Shown here: positions 1-16,598 of the stretch, piece by piece
Numbering within the stretch: the first letter of the stretch is position 1
How the letters are laid out: the number at the start of each line of letters is the position of its first letter
The notes under the pieces: model-generated
The model's input: only the letters and a program-made list of their open reading frames with translations
Told to the model about the DNA's origin: nothing
The model's database searches: none
Translations under genes and position numbers: made by a program
DNA from: the human T2T-CHM13v2.0 reference genome, Homo sapiens
Reading direction: 5' to 3' (one strand)
Assembly: GCF_009914755.1 (NCBI RefSeq)
Contig: NC_060941.1
Length of the DNA: 64,000 nt

Positions 1-736
1 AGAAATGGGACTCCTGCTGACAGTGAGGGCTCCTCATTGGCCAGCAGATCAGCATGCTGGTATTGCTGGTCTCTCCAGCCCACCATGACGTTATCGCATC
101 ATTCTGACTCTGCAGGACAGGCACAGCTGCTGTCTTCCTTACAGCCGAAGTCTTCCTCGGACTTAGTGAGGAAGGAACAGAGCACAACCAAAAAGCTTTC
201 CATCTTATAACCCAATGTCCTATGTCTTGCTCTATTTGGTTCATTAAATCTGATTCATCCAGACTATCTTGTGAAGTTTGTATCTTTCTTTGACATCAGT
301 TATGATCCTCAGATGTCTTGGAAGCCCCCAGGAGCTCATGCTCCCCTGGAGATAGCAGCTTCTGTGGCTACTCAAATGTAATTTAGGGGAAAGGCTAAAA
401 TAAGTGAAGTCCTTACTTGTGCCCTTCCTGGCAATTTTGATGGGGGATGGGGCATACCACAGAACAGCCCAGCCTCTGTCTGTGGTACCCTGAGGCTTTC
501 CTGCTCCAGGCTTTAGTGCCCCTTCCTATGCCAAAACAAACATGCCAGGATTTCTCCCCAGGATTGCTCACAATCTTTATAGCCACTGTTCGGGGTTCCA
601 GGGAATATCCAAAGAAGCTATGAGTAACCTCATGACGATGGAAGTAGAGTGGCCTTGCTAACTGCTGACCTCCTTCTCCAGGAGGAACGGTTACACCTGC
701 AGTTGACTCTAGCTTTAACGGCTGAGAGAATAAACA

Positions 737-3446
<2,710 letters not shown>

Positions 3447-3899
3447 TAGTTGGATAACTTCCCTCCCTACGTACTCTTCCTATAACATACATAATTGTAA
3501 ATTACATAAGCCCCTTTCCTTCCCCTGCCACTTGGTGGCTGGCTGACCACAAGAGCACCCATTATTCCCTTCTCTTTCTCAATGAACAGGATCCTGCCTT
3601 AGTCTAACACTGCTGAATGAGATTGTCTGTTTAATTCTGATTCTTAATATTTGTAATCTAAATTTTCTAAAGGTATTAGCTATGTCCTTCAAGTGAGATT
3701 TTTTATCAATGATAAAGGTAATATTTTGTCCCTCCTCTGCTGACTCCTTTGTAGGCTTCTCATTTGGTTCAAAACTCAGGCAGTGATAAAATGGTGTTAT
3801 TATTGGGCCCTCTCAAAAACTGAAAGAGTGATGTTAATTGGTTTGTAATTTTAATGACGGCTGCCCTTTAAGGTGGGTTCTCTTTACTAGAGCCAATAA

Positions 3900-4800
3900 A
3901 TTGAACTCCTGGTATCTGGAATGTTGCCAGCTATACATCTGGATATTTGCAATTCTAAGCCTAAATATCAGAAGCAAAAAGTTAAGTGTTTTCACCTTGC
4001 AGGGCTATCAGTATACTTTCGCTATCTTGCTTCATGGTCAGTTACTTCTGTGGCTCAATGACGGAATCTAGATTACAGTGATGTTAACCACTTCACCATC
4101 CCATTGAATATCCATCTGATCTAGTACATTTATGGCATTGTGCTGACAGGGCCTGGAGACAGATGAGGCAGATACCCTAGATGTTTTGGCAGGTCACATT
4201 AATTTCTTGGGATGAAACATAAATTTTATAAAAATTCAGGAAATTACTATCTCATGGAGGTTCCCCATGGGAGATGAAGTATCCCTGTGATCTAAACTTA
4301 ACAAAATATTAGCTTTGAGTTATGTCAAGAAAAACCAATGTCTCTCTGGTTGACTCAAACTGAAATTTGTGTAGCTCTGACTCTTGGCCCTCATAAACCA
4401 ATAGGTCTTTGATACACAAAATGTCTGGAGTTGCTCAGGAATGCTGTATAGAACCGGAAAACCCTGACAGAAGAATCACAGTGAAAGCCCCTAGGGTTTT
4501 GGAGCAAGTTCCTGTTCTCTGTGGAAAGTACCTACTCTTTTTTGTAGAACTAGCTAAAACTCTGAAAAGACTGAATGCCCAACCATTCATGTGTGACATT
4601 ACCACCCATGTGAGCTGGGTGTTATCTGATCCACTTAGCCATCAAGTAGGGCATGTCCAGCAACACCCCGTCAAATGGAAAAGCTAAAAGTGTGACTGGG
4701 CCTGAGCAGACCCCAAGGCAGAAATGATCTGTGTGAATAGGTTGCTCACAGTCTCTGTGTATTTACTCCTGCCTCAATGTTATCTCTTCCTCAACCCATA
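3900..4800 (+). mobile_element. Degraded ERVL/MaLR internal pol-like sequence
   Basis: FTLQGYQYTFAILLHG resembles ERVL RT F.WQGQQYTFTVLPQG; WVLSDPLSHQVGHVQQH resembles ERVL WVLSDPSSHKVGHAQQH. Confidence 0.65.
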
Positions 4801-6348
4801 CTAAGTCCTGTGGTGAGAGGAGAACTCTCTCCAATTACTCCCAGTATTAGTTGATTCTGGGGCAGGGAGGACTGTGAGAACATAGCACCCTTTGAGCATT
4901 TGTAGGAGTTCACAGTTCTGGGAGCTAACCAGGCAAAAGGTTTTTATGCAAATAACTGAAACTGACCCTACTTATTGGAATGTTAAGAGTAGCTTGGAAA
5001 ATTGATAGGAAGGTGTGATAGGCAGCAAACAAAGGCGTCGGGCAATACAGAATATAGCTATGTACATGTCCATACAGCAAGAAGACTCTGACATGTGCCA
5101 ATGCTGTATTAATACCCTGAATACTCACCACCACTGCTGGACTCCTGGCTGCATCAGCACTGCTGGGAATATTCCCAAACTCTGCCTGCATATTCGTACA
5201 TTCCCTTGGATTCAAACCCTACCTAATATAATGCAGGTACTGCTGCATATGCCCCTGTACTACTGAAAATCCACTCATCTTGTCCCCAAAGACAGCCCAA
5301 TACTTGCTATTTTCATTCAGCTCCAAGTTCAGGATCTCCTGATAGTGCCCACTTCATCTCTTGTTCTTTTGTGATCCTGTACTGATATTTCATATCCTAT
5401 GAAATATACTAAAAGTCAACCACCACTAACTCACCTAGTTATAATAGTGAGAAAATGGGAGAAGAAAGAGAAAAGAAGATTAAATACAGAAACATATACC
5501 CAACAATAAAAAATGAAATATGGGTAGATGGAGAGTATTTCTGAAACTGGTTGTGAGGCTGTAGCTTATTGTAACAAATTCCTGCCTCCGCTTATCCAAT
5601 CCATGTTCCCTTTGCCTTCAGCCACCCCCTCGATTGATTGGTGCAATTTTTTCTGGTGGAATGACTCAGATTTTTATTCTGGAGGAGATCTGAGCCCTTG
5701 ATGACCCAACCTGTACAGAGTTATAGACATCTTTCATGAGCTTATACACACTGACACAGTAAAGCAAGGAGAGACCCCAGGAATAATCTGAGTTCCATTC
5801 ATACTGTTTTTTCCACACTGTCTACATTGTACAGCAGTAGTGCTATTTCCTTTTATAGCTGGGAATAGTTGCTAAGTCAACAGAACATCCACTTTTTAGA
5901 CTGCTGGCAATTTTCCAGGCTTTAGGCATGCTCTGGTGAAATCGTAAGCAAAGACTGCTCTTTTGTCCTGGTCATGGCTACCTTTTGCAAGTCCATCAGC
6001 TATTTTTCAATTAACTTCGGTCTTCCTCTCAGGGGAATCAGATGATTAAGATGATCCTCCCATGATACTCTGTGCTCATGGAAAATCAGAGAGCTGCCTC
6101 TGCCCTGCTCATGTTTAGGCATACTGCACCTCCAGTTTTGATATAGGGATGCCTCCTCTCCATGGTTACACTGTGGAACTTATCTATAAGACTTTCTATC
6201 ATTGAGGGCCCTGCCTAAATAAATAAAAAAAAAAAACCTGGAATCTTCTACTCCAAGACCCCCAAACATGAAGGCAGGGTCTAGTTATACCCCATCCCAG
6301 GACTCTGGCCAGTGGGGCAAGAGTCAGGAGACAGCACTCTTACAATTA

Positions 6349-6750
<402 letters not shown>

Positions 6751-9700
6751 CTACACATTTGCCAACCTTATTCTTCGGTCCCATCCTAACCATATCCACC
6801 TCCACCAGGGAACATATGGTAGCCACATATCTTATAGCCTGAATGGAGCCCTGGCACAGAGGAAAAAGAATGTTTGAAGAAAGAATTATTTGAATGTTTG
6901 AATGTTTGAAAAAGAATTATTACACCTCCACAACAGGCCCCATAGTATTTGTGTCCTTGCAAAACATATTATCTCTGTTCTGGGGTTCTAACATCCCTCT
7001 TCATGGTCAGAGAGATACATATTTGTCTTGAATCTGTGTCTTCAGAAGATCTTCCCAGTACATTGCTGTGTGAGTGTTGTGTCTGCAGCCCCAACTGCCT
7101 GCCCAAGGAAAAGGTGAGTACAATTGAGTCCCCATTCACTAGGGGCTCCTATTTAATCTCACAGCCTCTATATCCTAGGAAGTTGAATTAACCTGGAGGG
7201 AAGATTCTCCACCCACCTGGCATAGGTTGCAGATGGATTTTACACAATGGGAATTGGGGCAGGCAGGGTTGGAACATGGCCCAAAGTGTTGGGGGATCAC
7301 TCTCCTGTGACCTGACACAGGTTCTATGCTCTGTCTCACAGCCTGAGAGAGAGAAAGCAAATTTTAGTCCACTTTAGCCCTACTGCATTGTCATCAAAGG
7401 AGACTTCACTCAGCAACTTGACATTGGGAGGGTGGACGTCCTCTTCCTTTCAGCCCTCCCCACCCCCAGCATACAGCTACAGGCTGCCGGGCTATCCTCT
7501 CACAACTCTCAAGGTGGTTGGCGAGTTTAGGCAGCAACTGCCAGTTAATAGCAGAAAGAGAAGCTAGGAAGAGGGAAGTCAGGGGCCCAGTGTATGCATG
7601 TGTGTGGGTTGGAGAAGGGTGCAAAGGTGATAAGAGAAGAGAAGAGTGGCATAAGGGCTTATGTTTGGCACCGTTAAGACTTACTGTGAACCTGACATGC
7701 AGAGATGGAGGGCCTCAAGAGGGTCTTTCTCTTGGTGGGATGGTTCTCTGATCACCTGTCCACTCCATCAGTGAAGGACGGGTCCCCCACTTTAAATAGT
7801 GTGAGATGGCTGAACCCATGACACCTGACACTGAAGAAATGAGATGAATAGCACATAGAATTAGTGTCACCTATACTCACAGCCTGAGGGAGGAGGATAC
7901 TGCATGCCATGCAGTGACCCACAGAGGTTCCACTTGGGAGCAGGGTGAACCAGCAGAGGCTGTGGAAGGCAGGCTTTGCATTAGGATGGTGCAAGGGTAA
8001 TCGTGGTTTTTGCCATTAAAAGTACTCCTGCAGGAAGATGTGATTAGCTTTTTTTGTGGGCTGACAGGGACTTGAGACTCATAGGTTAAGAACTGGGTGG
8101 GTGCAGCTGATCTGATAATAGAGGAACTAGCCAGGTGGGGAGCCTCTCCCACTGGGTGGTGGAGGGGGGAGCACATTCAAAGAGCAGGAGAACTCAGGGT
8201 TAGACCTTTGGACCCTGTGAGAACTTGAAAGCACTTTAAGGCAGCTCTTGAAGTTTTAGGCCTTACAATACAAATGGACCAAATGCCTTTGCCTAGTCTC
8301 TTTCTGTGGGAATCCAGCTTTCCCTTGTTGTAGGGATCCCTTTGTTCATAGAAATTATAGGGCAGCTGGCAGATTTTCATGCCTAATAGCTGCCCATGGT
8401 ACACATTGAAGGCTGATTTGCTTCTAAACAATACTCCAACCAACACTCGTGTGGCAGGGCAATCATGAGTGCAGGGAGAGTTCACATGTGAGGACCTGGT
8501 AGGTGGGTAGTAGTGGATGAGGTCACAATGTGGTTGGAACTTGAACAGTATCCAGTTTCATTCCTAAAACAACCTTTTGAAATAGGTGCCTTCCTGGACC
8601 TGCCAAAAGGAACCTATGGTATTTGTGTCAACATGTGCCCAGGAAACAAATCCTGTCTAGGGGAAAGAGATGCCAAAGCAATGGCTGTGGTCATGTGTGC
8701 AAAGTTGTTCCTGAAACAAGTAAAAGCCAGCCCCTGAGATGCTCCCAGGGGAAAATGACACATTGGTCTTCCTTAGGATAACCACAGGGAAGCAGGAATT
8801 GTTTTGACTATTCCAGGACTTTTGGCCACCTTATCTGAACTCTTCTGTTGTCCTGGCTTCCCTGAACCATGCTTAGAAGCATGCTAAGCAGTTAAGAAGA
8901 GATAGCTTGATCCTGGACATAGCTCAGTTGTCAATACAGCTGTCCAACTTCCATGGACTTTTGGGCTTATTTCAGTCTGACAACAGGGTGGGTGGTTGGC
9001 GAGGAGAGAAAGAAAAGGGACCAGCAATCATGGGGCAGCTGCTATGTGTTAAGTGCCCAAATAACAAAAAGACTATGAAAAGGTCACCATCCTCAAGTGC
9101 TTTCAGTCTAGTTAGGGAGATAGAGCCATAAAACAAATTAAAAAGCACGTAACAAGGGCACAAAGATCTGAGGAAGCAGTGCAGAGCGAGCAACTTTACC
9201 AAGAAGAGTCTTCAGAGAGGAAATAATAATCTGAGCTAGATCTTGACAAAGAGCAGGAGTTAACAGAGAGAAGAGGACAAGCCAGGCAGAGGAAGCAACA
9301 GTCACATCACCCTGGATGAGCCAAAGCCATAGAGATTTAGAGCATGGAGGATGTGGCAAGAGACTCCCCATAGGGTAGTGGCAGGGAGTAATCTGCAAGA
9401 GGAGGATCAAGACAGAGTCTGAAGCACCTTAAACACCCTGCTTGGATTCGAATGGGGCACCATGGTAGGTGTTTAAGCAGGGAATGGCTCATGATAAATT
9501 CTGTATTTTATGTCAACAGCAGTGATGACCGTGCAGGCGGAAGCACAGACCTTTATAAGAGTAGCCAGGTCACTTCTTCAGAAGATTCTTCACCCATCCC
9601 CAAGCCCTGGTTGTTCTTCATCCTTGGAGTTACAAGCCTGGAAGAAATAGCCTTATTTTAATTATTCAATTTTGGAAATTTCCACAGGCTAACTTTTAAC

Positions 9701-9989
9701 CAGAAGATCTTGATCCTAAAAACTCTTATCCAGAATAAACTGTTCTGGCATTATCCAATCTGAGTCTTTATACTATGTAAGGTCTCTAAGGGGCCCTTTC
9801 TGGACTAGCAGCATCATAAATAGCATAAAAATAATAAGGCCCATGCATGTAGAAGCAATTCTGGGGATTCTAAGAAGACAAAGTCCCTCAAGTCCCTTCC
9901 TACATCCTTAGTGGCCTCTGAATTACTGCCCTCTGTCTAAGGGTGAGTGGGGCTTACCCTCTGCTTAGCCTCCACGGGAAGAGAAAGAT

Positions 9990-10345
9990 TGTATTTGTGT
10001 TTTCACGCTGCTAATAAAGACATACCTGAGACTGGGTGAATTATTTTAAAAAGGATTAATGGACTCAGTTCCACATGGCTGGGGAGGCCTCACAATTATG
10101 GCAGAAGGCGAAAGAGGAGCAAAGGCACATCTTACATGGTGGGAGGCAAGAGAGAATGAGAGCCAAGTGAAAGGGGTTTCCCCTTATAAAACCATCAGAT
10201 CTCATGAGATATATTCACTAACAGTATGGGGGAAACCACCTCCATGATTCAATTATCTCCCCCTGGGTCCCTCTTACAACATGTGGGAATTATGGGAGCT
10301 ACAATTCAAGATGAGCTTTGGGTGGGACACAGCCAAACCATATCA
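9990..10345. mobile_element. THE1/MST-type MaLR solo LTR
   Basis: TG...CA, cacgctgctaataaagacatacctgagactggg...gggacacagccaaaccatatca, 5-bp TSD AAGAT. Confidence 0.85.
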
Positions 10346-10432
10346 AAGATGTAGGGTAGGCTGTAGGGCAGACTGAGGGAGCACCAAAAAGTGGGGGTCA
10401 GAGCTGGGTCATAGAGAAGGAATGAAGAAGTC

Positions 10433-10718
<286 letters not shown>

Positions 10719-10750
10719 GAATACTGATTTTTATTAGTTTTCAGATAGCC

Positions 10751-11083
10751 CGGGGATCAGCAAACTACAGCCCACAGGCCAAATCCAAGCCACCTCCTGG
10801 TTCTGCACATCCCATGAGTTAAACTGATCTTTGCATTTTAAAATGTTTAAAATACAAAGAGACACATATACTAATAATATTTAGTGATATGTAAGATAAT
10901 ATGGAATTCAAATTTTAGTGCTCATAAAGTTTCATTTGAACATAACTACACTCATTAGTTTCCATATTGTCCATGGCTGCTTTCAAGTCACAATGTCAGA
11001 GTTAAGGGGTCACAACAAAGACTGAATGGCCTGCAAAGCCATATCTACTTCCTGCCCTTCACAGAAAAAGTTTGCTGACCCCT
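10751..11083. mobile_element. MER58-like hAT-Charlie element
   Basis: Termini ggggatcagcaaacta...aaaagtttgctgacccct. Confidence 0.7.
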
Positions 11084-11565
11084 AGTCTAGATCCAGAAAA
11101 TGAAAAAAAGATATAATTTCAGAAAACTACATTGTATGATATAACACAAATGGATAAATAGGTTTTCTATCTCCAGTAGCATTTTTTAATCCTTCCCTTC
11201 CTCCCACAAAAAAATTTATAATTAAAAAATATAAAAAGTCACTCTGGAAACAAAACAAACAAAAAGTCAGTCAGAGATCAGAAAACAGCCCAAATATGTA
11301 TCCTGACTTTAATTCAAATATGTCTCAGCCCAAATATACATTCCAAATGATCTTGACCTTAACCCAAGCATCAGATTGAAATATTTTCAGAATATTATCA
11401 GGACAAACACACATATACAAAAATGCATATCACTATTGATCAGATGATAGATAGATAGATAGATATACAATATCTCTAGAAGAGAACCCAAGAAATTATA
11501 ATAGTGGTTCTTCCTGGAAAGATAATGGGGTGGGAGGTATTGGAAGTCAAAATGGGGAGGAAAAT

Positions 11566-11898
11566 TTCTTTTCTTTTCTTTCTTTCTTTCTTTTCTTTTT
11601 TTTTTTTTTTTTTTGAGACCACGTATCACCCTGTTTGCCCAGGCTGGAGTGCAAAGGCACGATCTTGGCTCACTGCTGCCTCCATCTCCTGGGCTCAAGT
11701 GATTCTCCCACCTCAGCCTCCTGAGTAGCTGGGACAATAGGCATGCACTACCAAGCCCAGCTAATTTTTTGTATTTTTAGTAGAGATGGGATTTCACCAT
11801 GTTGCCCAGGCTGGTCTTGAACTCCTGTACTCAAGCAATCTGCCCACCTTGGCCTCCCAAAATGCTGGGATTACAGATGTGAGCCACTGCACCCAGCC
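11566..11898 (-). mobile_element. Alu (AluJ-like)
   Basis: PolyT followed by reverse Alu. Confidence 0.9.
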
Positions 11899-11949
11899 AG
11901 AAAATTATTACTTTTCATTGTAAACTTTTATTTATATTTAAATTCATAC

Positions 11950-12921
11950 TGTGGGGAAAAGCAAGAGAGATCAGATTGTTACTGTGTCTGTGTAGAAAGA
12001 AGTAGACATAGGAGACTCCATTTTGTTCTGTACTAAGAAAAATTCTTCTGCCTTGAGATGCTGTTAATCTATGACCTTACCCCCAACCCCGTGCTCTCTG
12101 AAACATGTGCTGTGTCAACTCAGGGTTAAATGGATTAAGGGTGGTGCAAGATGTGCTTTGTTAAACAGATGCTTGAAGGCAGCATGCTCCTTAAGAGTCA
12201 TCACCACTCCCTAATCTCAAGTACCCAGGGACACAAACACTGCGGAAGGCCGCAGGGACCTCTGCCTAGGAAAGCCAGGTATTGTCCAAGGTTTCTCCCC
12301 ATGTGATAGTCTGAAATATGGCCTCGTGGGAAGGGAAAGACCTGACCGTCCCCCAGCCGGACACCCGTAAAGGGTCAGTGCTGAGGAGGATTAGTATAAG
12401 AGGAAGGCATGCCTCTTGCAGTTGAGACAAGAGGAAGGCATCTGTCTCCTGCCCGTCCCTGGGCAATGGAATGTCTCGGTATAAAACCCGATTGTACGTT
12501 CCATCTACTGAGACAGGGAAAAACCGCCTTAGGGCTGGAGGTGGGACATGCGGGCAGCAATACTGCTTTGTAAAGCATTGAGATGTTTGTGTGTATGCAT
12601 ATCTAAAAGCACAGCACTTAATCCTTTACCTTGTCTATGATGCAAAGACCTTTGTTCACATGTTTGTCTGCTGACCCTCTCCCCACTATTGTCTTGTGAC
12701 CATGACACATCCCCCTCTCGGAGAAACACCCACCCACGAATGATCAATAAATACTAAGGGAACTCAGAGGCTGGCGGGATCCTCCATATGCTGAACGCTG
12801 GTTCCCCGGGTCCCCTTATTTCTTTCTCTATACTTTGTCTCTGTGTCTTTTTCTTTTCCAAGTCTCTCGTTCCACCTCACGAGAAACACCCACAGGTGTG
12901 GAGGGGCAACCCATCCCTTCA
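11950..12921 (+). mobile_element. HERV-K(HML-2) LTR5 solo LTR (LTR5_Hs-like, 972 bp)
   Basis: TGTGGGGAAAAGCAAGAGAGATCAGATTGTTAC...GGGGCAACCCATCCCTTCA, 5-bp TSD CATAC, TATAAAA 12480, AATAAA 12746. Confidence 0.95.
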
Positions 12922-13964
12922 CATACATTTTCATTTTTTAAAATCACAAATAGAATCTATAGAGGTCCAAATCCACTTACATCAGGAAGGTCATTATCAA
13001 GACAGATTGTGCATGGTACTTTTAAACCAGACAGAATAGTTGTTGTATTTGTATTCCATGTTGTGCAGAGATCTAAAATGGCATGTAAACATCAATTAAA
13101 TCAATTAAATCTCAACCGAGATTCAAGATGAATCTCAGCTTCGCCACCTTGTTCAGAGATAGCTGAACAAGATGCAACAGCCCCTTCTATACTGATGATC
13201 AAGAGAAATCACAGCACCTTCAAAAATTAGACATCTCACAGAAATGGCCCCTTTGCTCTTGGAATGAAAGACGTGAGGGCTGGAAAGGAAGAGGGTGGCC
13301 TGGAGGAGTAGGGATCACATTCATTTTACGAAACCCACATGGCTGATGGAACGATGGTTAGGAGGTCACCCCACACCCAACCTCCCATCTCCCAGCCATG
13401 GTCAAAGTTGAGGTCATACATTCCACAAAGTCAGCCTCACAAGATATGAATGCTCCCATCAACACCTGTGCAAAAGGAAAAAAAAGTCCTTACATAAGAG
13501 GTGGCTGAAAAATACTGTAAAGAACCAAAAGTTATTATGAAATATGAATTTTCAAGTTTAAAAATGTCCCTCCTATGAGTTAGTAACATGAATTGGGTGA
13601 GGATAACCTTCCAGGAAGTCTGGGGTACCCATGTCAGAGACAGAGGCAGGAGGAATGGAGGAAGTGGCTTTCTACCTGTCTTCTCCAGCCAATATCTCAC
13701 AGGACTTCTGAGCCCTGTGAGGAGAGAAGCAGTCTCCCCATTGCTGTCCAGAACATGATGTGACCAATGGAGTAAATGCTAGTGGGAACACAGCACCATC
13801 CTGTCACTTAGACTCTCAGCTTTGGGCTGGAGAGAATGTCCTGCTGCACAGGGCGGCATTCCTATGAGGACACTGGCAAAGGTGAAGTGGGGGCAGTGAT
13901 GGGTCTCTGGGCTCAAGTGGCTTTGCAGAGAGGCCATATGAGAAGGACTTGAGTGGACTTGTTT

Positions 13965-14270
13965 GTAAGCACATAAATAAAACCTAAATAAATGGAGATT
14001 TATACCACAATGACAGACAGAAAGATTCAATAGTATTAAATGTTCATTTTCCCCAAATTAATCTATAGATTCAACTTATCTCTATCAAAATTATAGTAAT
14101 CTTCTTTTAAAGATTGAGACTTATTCTAAAATGTATATGGAAATGAAAATGATCTAGACTAGCTAAAACAATCTTAAAAAAGGAAGAACAAACTTAGAGG
14201 ATTCACATTATCTAATTTCAAGATCTACTATAAAGCTACACTACTCAAGATACTGTGGTATTGTCATAAA
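13965..14270 (+). mobile_element. Old L1 (L1M) ORF2 fragment
   Basis: aaataaatggaga...aaaacaatcttaaaaa...tactataaagctaca, typical L1 ORF2 3' region. Confidence 0.75.
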
Positions 14271-14556
14271 GTGTGTAGAGTTATTTCCTTTGTCCAGTGC
14301 CAAGTCCAAGGATGGGCCTCTAGCTTCCTGATAATACAAGGCTTTCCACAGGGTTTCCTGGCTGTTCTCTGCACCCTGGAACTACAACACTAGAAGGAAA
14401 AGTTCCACAATGGGTCTAGGCTAAAGTCTGATTTCTGAAGATTTCAAGGGGAATACTAGAGTGGCTGATTTCTAGAATATTTTTCCTGAATGAGCCCTTG
14501 ATGTATCTTTACAAAGTCTGGGTCCTTCTTACTATTAAATGTGCGTGCTGCAATTC

Positions 14557-14855
14557 TTTTTTTTTTTTTGGAGCCATAGTCTTGCTCTGTCGCCCAGACT
14601 GGAGTGCAGTGGCACGATCTCGGCTCACTGAAAGCTCTGCCTCCCGGGTTCACGCCATTCTCCTGCTTCAGCCTCCTGAGTAGCTGGGACTACAGGCACC
14701 CGCCACCCAGCCCGGCTAATTTTTTTTTTGTATTTTTAGTACAGACTGGATTTCACCATGTCAGCCAGGATAGTCTTGATCTTCTGACCTCGTGATCCGC
14801 CCGCCTTGGCCTCCCAAAGTGCTGCGATTACAGGCGTGAGCCACCGCGCCTGGCC
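14557..14855 (-). mobile_element. Alu (young, AluY/Sc-like)
   Basis: Reverse Alu, TSD TGCAATTCTT. Confidence 0.92.
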
Positions 14856-14869
14856 TGCAATTCTTAAAA

Positions 14870-16590
14870 ATCAGCATCCTCCCAACCAGCACCAATTCAC
14901 TGACAATACAGAGACCTGGCTCTGGACCAGTGCAGGTGCTGTAGACAGAGAACAAGATTCCAGGAAACCACACCTTAAAGATGGAAATCTGGGATTGGTT
15001 ATCTCTGCAGGTTGTGTTTAAAGGCAGTAACGGCCACATTGCTGGTGGAAAGTAGGATCCCAGGAGTCCAGGTCACAGATTGGCAAGATAGATACTGAAA
15101 TTATCACCTATAGTTGCTTCGATGAAATGCCTTTTAAAGGGAAGTCTTTAGAATACCCAAGGAGCTCTTAAAATAGAACATTATGGTGGTTACATGGAGT
15201 GGGATGCCACCTTCTAACTGCACTGGAGAGTTTACAGAAAACATAAGCTCAGGGCTTTCAATCCTTAGTTGAAGACAAGGTCAGAGAAACAGCTAACATG
15301 TATTCTGCCCTAAGGAAGTCTGTTTCCATTTTATCTGAGATGAGAACCAAATTTGACAGGTTGACTATGAATTACAAAGCAAGTTGAATCTCAGCTTTGC
15401 CAGGTCTCTCATATTTAAACTAAGGCATGAAGAGGGGAAAGTAGGGCCTTACAGATTGCAATGATTCTGACAAATATGAGCACCTTAACTTCCCAGAGCT
15501 GCGCTGACTCTCTCTACCAGCAGTCACAGCCCCAGCTCCCCTGAGGAAGCTGCCACCCCCTTGCCTGAAGTTTCTATAATAATTTCTACTGAATGTCTTG
15601 GAGAGCTATAGTCCATTGCCTCTCATTGCCTCAGAATACTGGGAGGACAAGAGTCATAATCCAGCTGCACTCCAAAGGTGAAGTCCAAAATCTGACCTGG
15701 GAGGAGATAGAATACATGCTCAAATACTAAAATATTTTGCCAAGTTATATGAGCACTAATCTAAGGAATATGTGTATGTTTTTGGCAATGGCTAACTAGG
15801 CATGGTGTTCTTAGGATGGAAGATATGGGCAAACTACTGAGGCCTTTGTGGATCTATACGAGAGAAGGAGAGACAGAGGAAGAAAGAGATGAGGAGGGGA
15901 AGGAGGGGAGAGAGATAGAGACAGAAAGAGAGAAAGCGAGAGAGCAAGAGAGTGCACACAACTTCTTGGCCTAGGGAACAGACATATGTTATGAACACCA
16001 TACTGGAAAGGAATGGCTTCTCCTCCCAAAACCAAAACCAACCAGTTTACAGACCAGAACCCTTTGAGTTAGGAGGAAGTCGGCTCCCACTAAGAGAGGA
16101 CCATGGGACATTGCCACAAGTGAGTACTGTAAAGTTTCCTTCTATGCTTATCTAATGGGACTTGCAATCATTCACTGGTGACATAGCATTGGAGAGAGGG
16201 AACTACCCAGGCTCTGAGGCAATGACTGGACAGTGCTCTGATCTGACACTGATATTTGGGAACTAAAATATCCCTGCATTGATCAGAGTGCAGGCTTTTC
16301 GAAGTCAGGTGTTGAATGGAGTTTTGGCTTCTGCCCATTTCACAGTGAGCCCAGTGGTTCCACAAACTCTTCCTGTGGTCACTTTCTCAGGTCTTGAGTG
16401 CTTAGTTGTAATTGTTATCTTAAACACTGGGAAAAACTTCACATTTGCTCCCTGATGGATGGGGTGAGGGCTATTATGATAGAATACGTCAAGAGGAACC
16501 CCCTTGGAACTATCCCACCACTATGACCAAAAGAGTAATTTAAAAGTAATTTAATAGTATTTAATAGTAATTTAAATAGTAATTTAAAAG
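14870..16590 (+). mobile_element. Degraded MaLR/ERVL internal sequence with a GA microsatellite at 15860-15950
   Basis: General resemblance to MLT/ERVL-int gag/pro regions, next to MLT LTRs; boundaries uncertain. Confidence 0.45.
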
Positions 16591-16598
16591 TAATGCTG

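Noticed and set aside
16534-16593. Short AGTAATTTAA(A) tandem repeat resembling a repeat-spacer array
   Set aside because: Simple AT-rich tandem repeat without unique spacers; eukaryotic DNA, not CRISPR.
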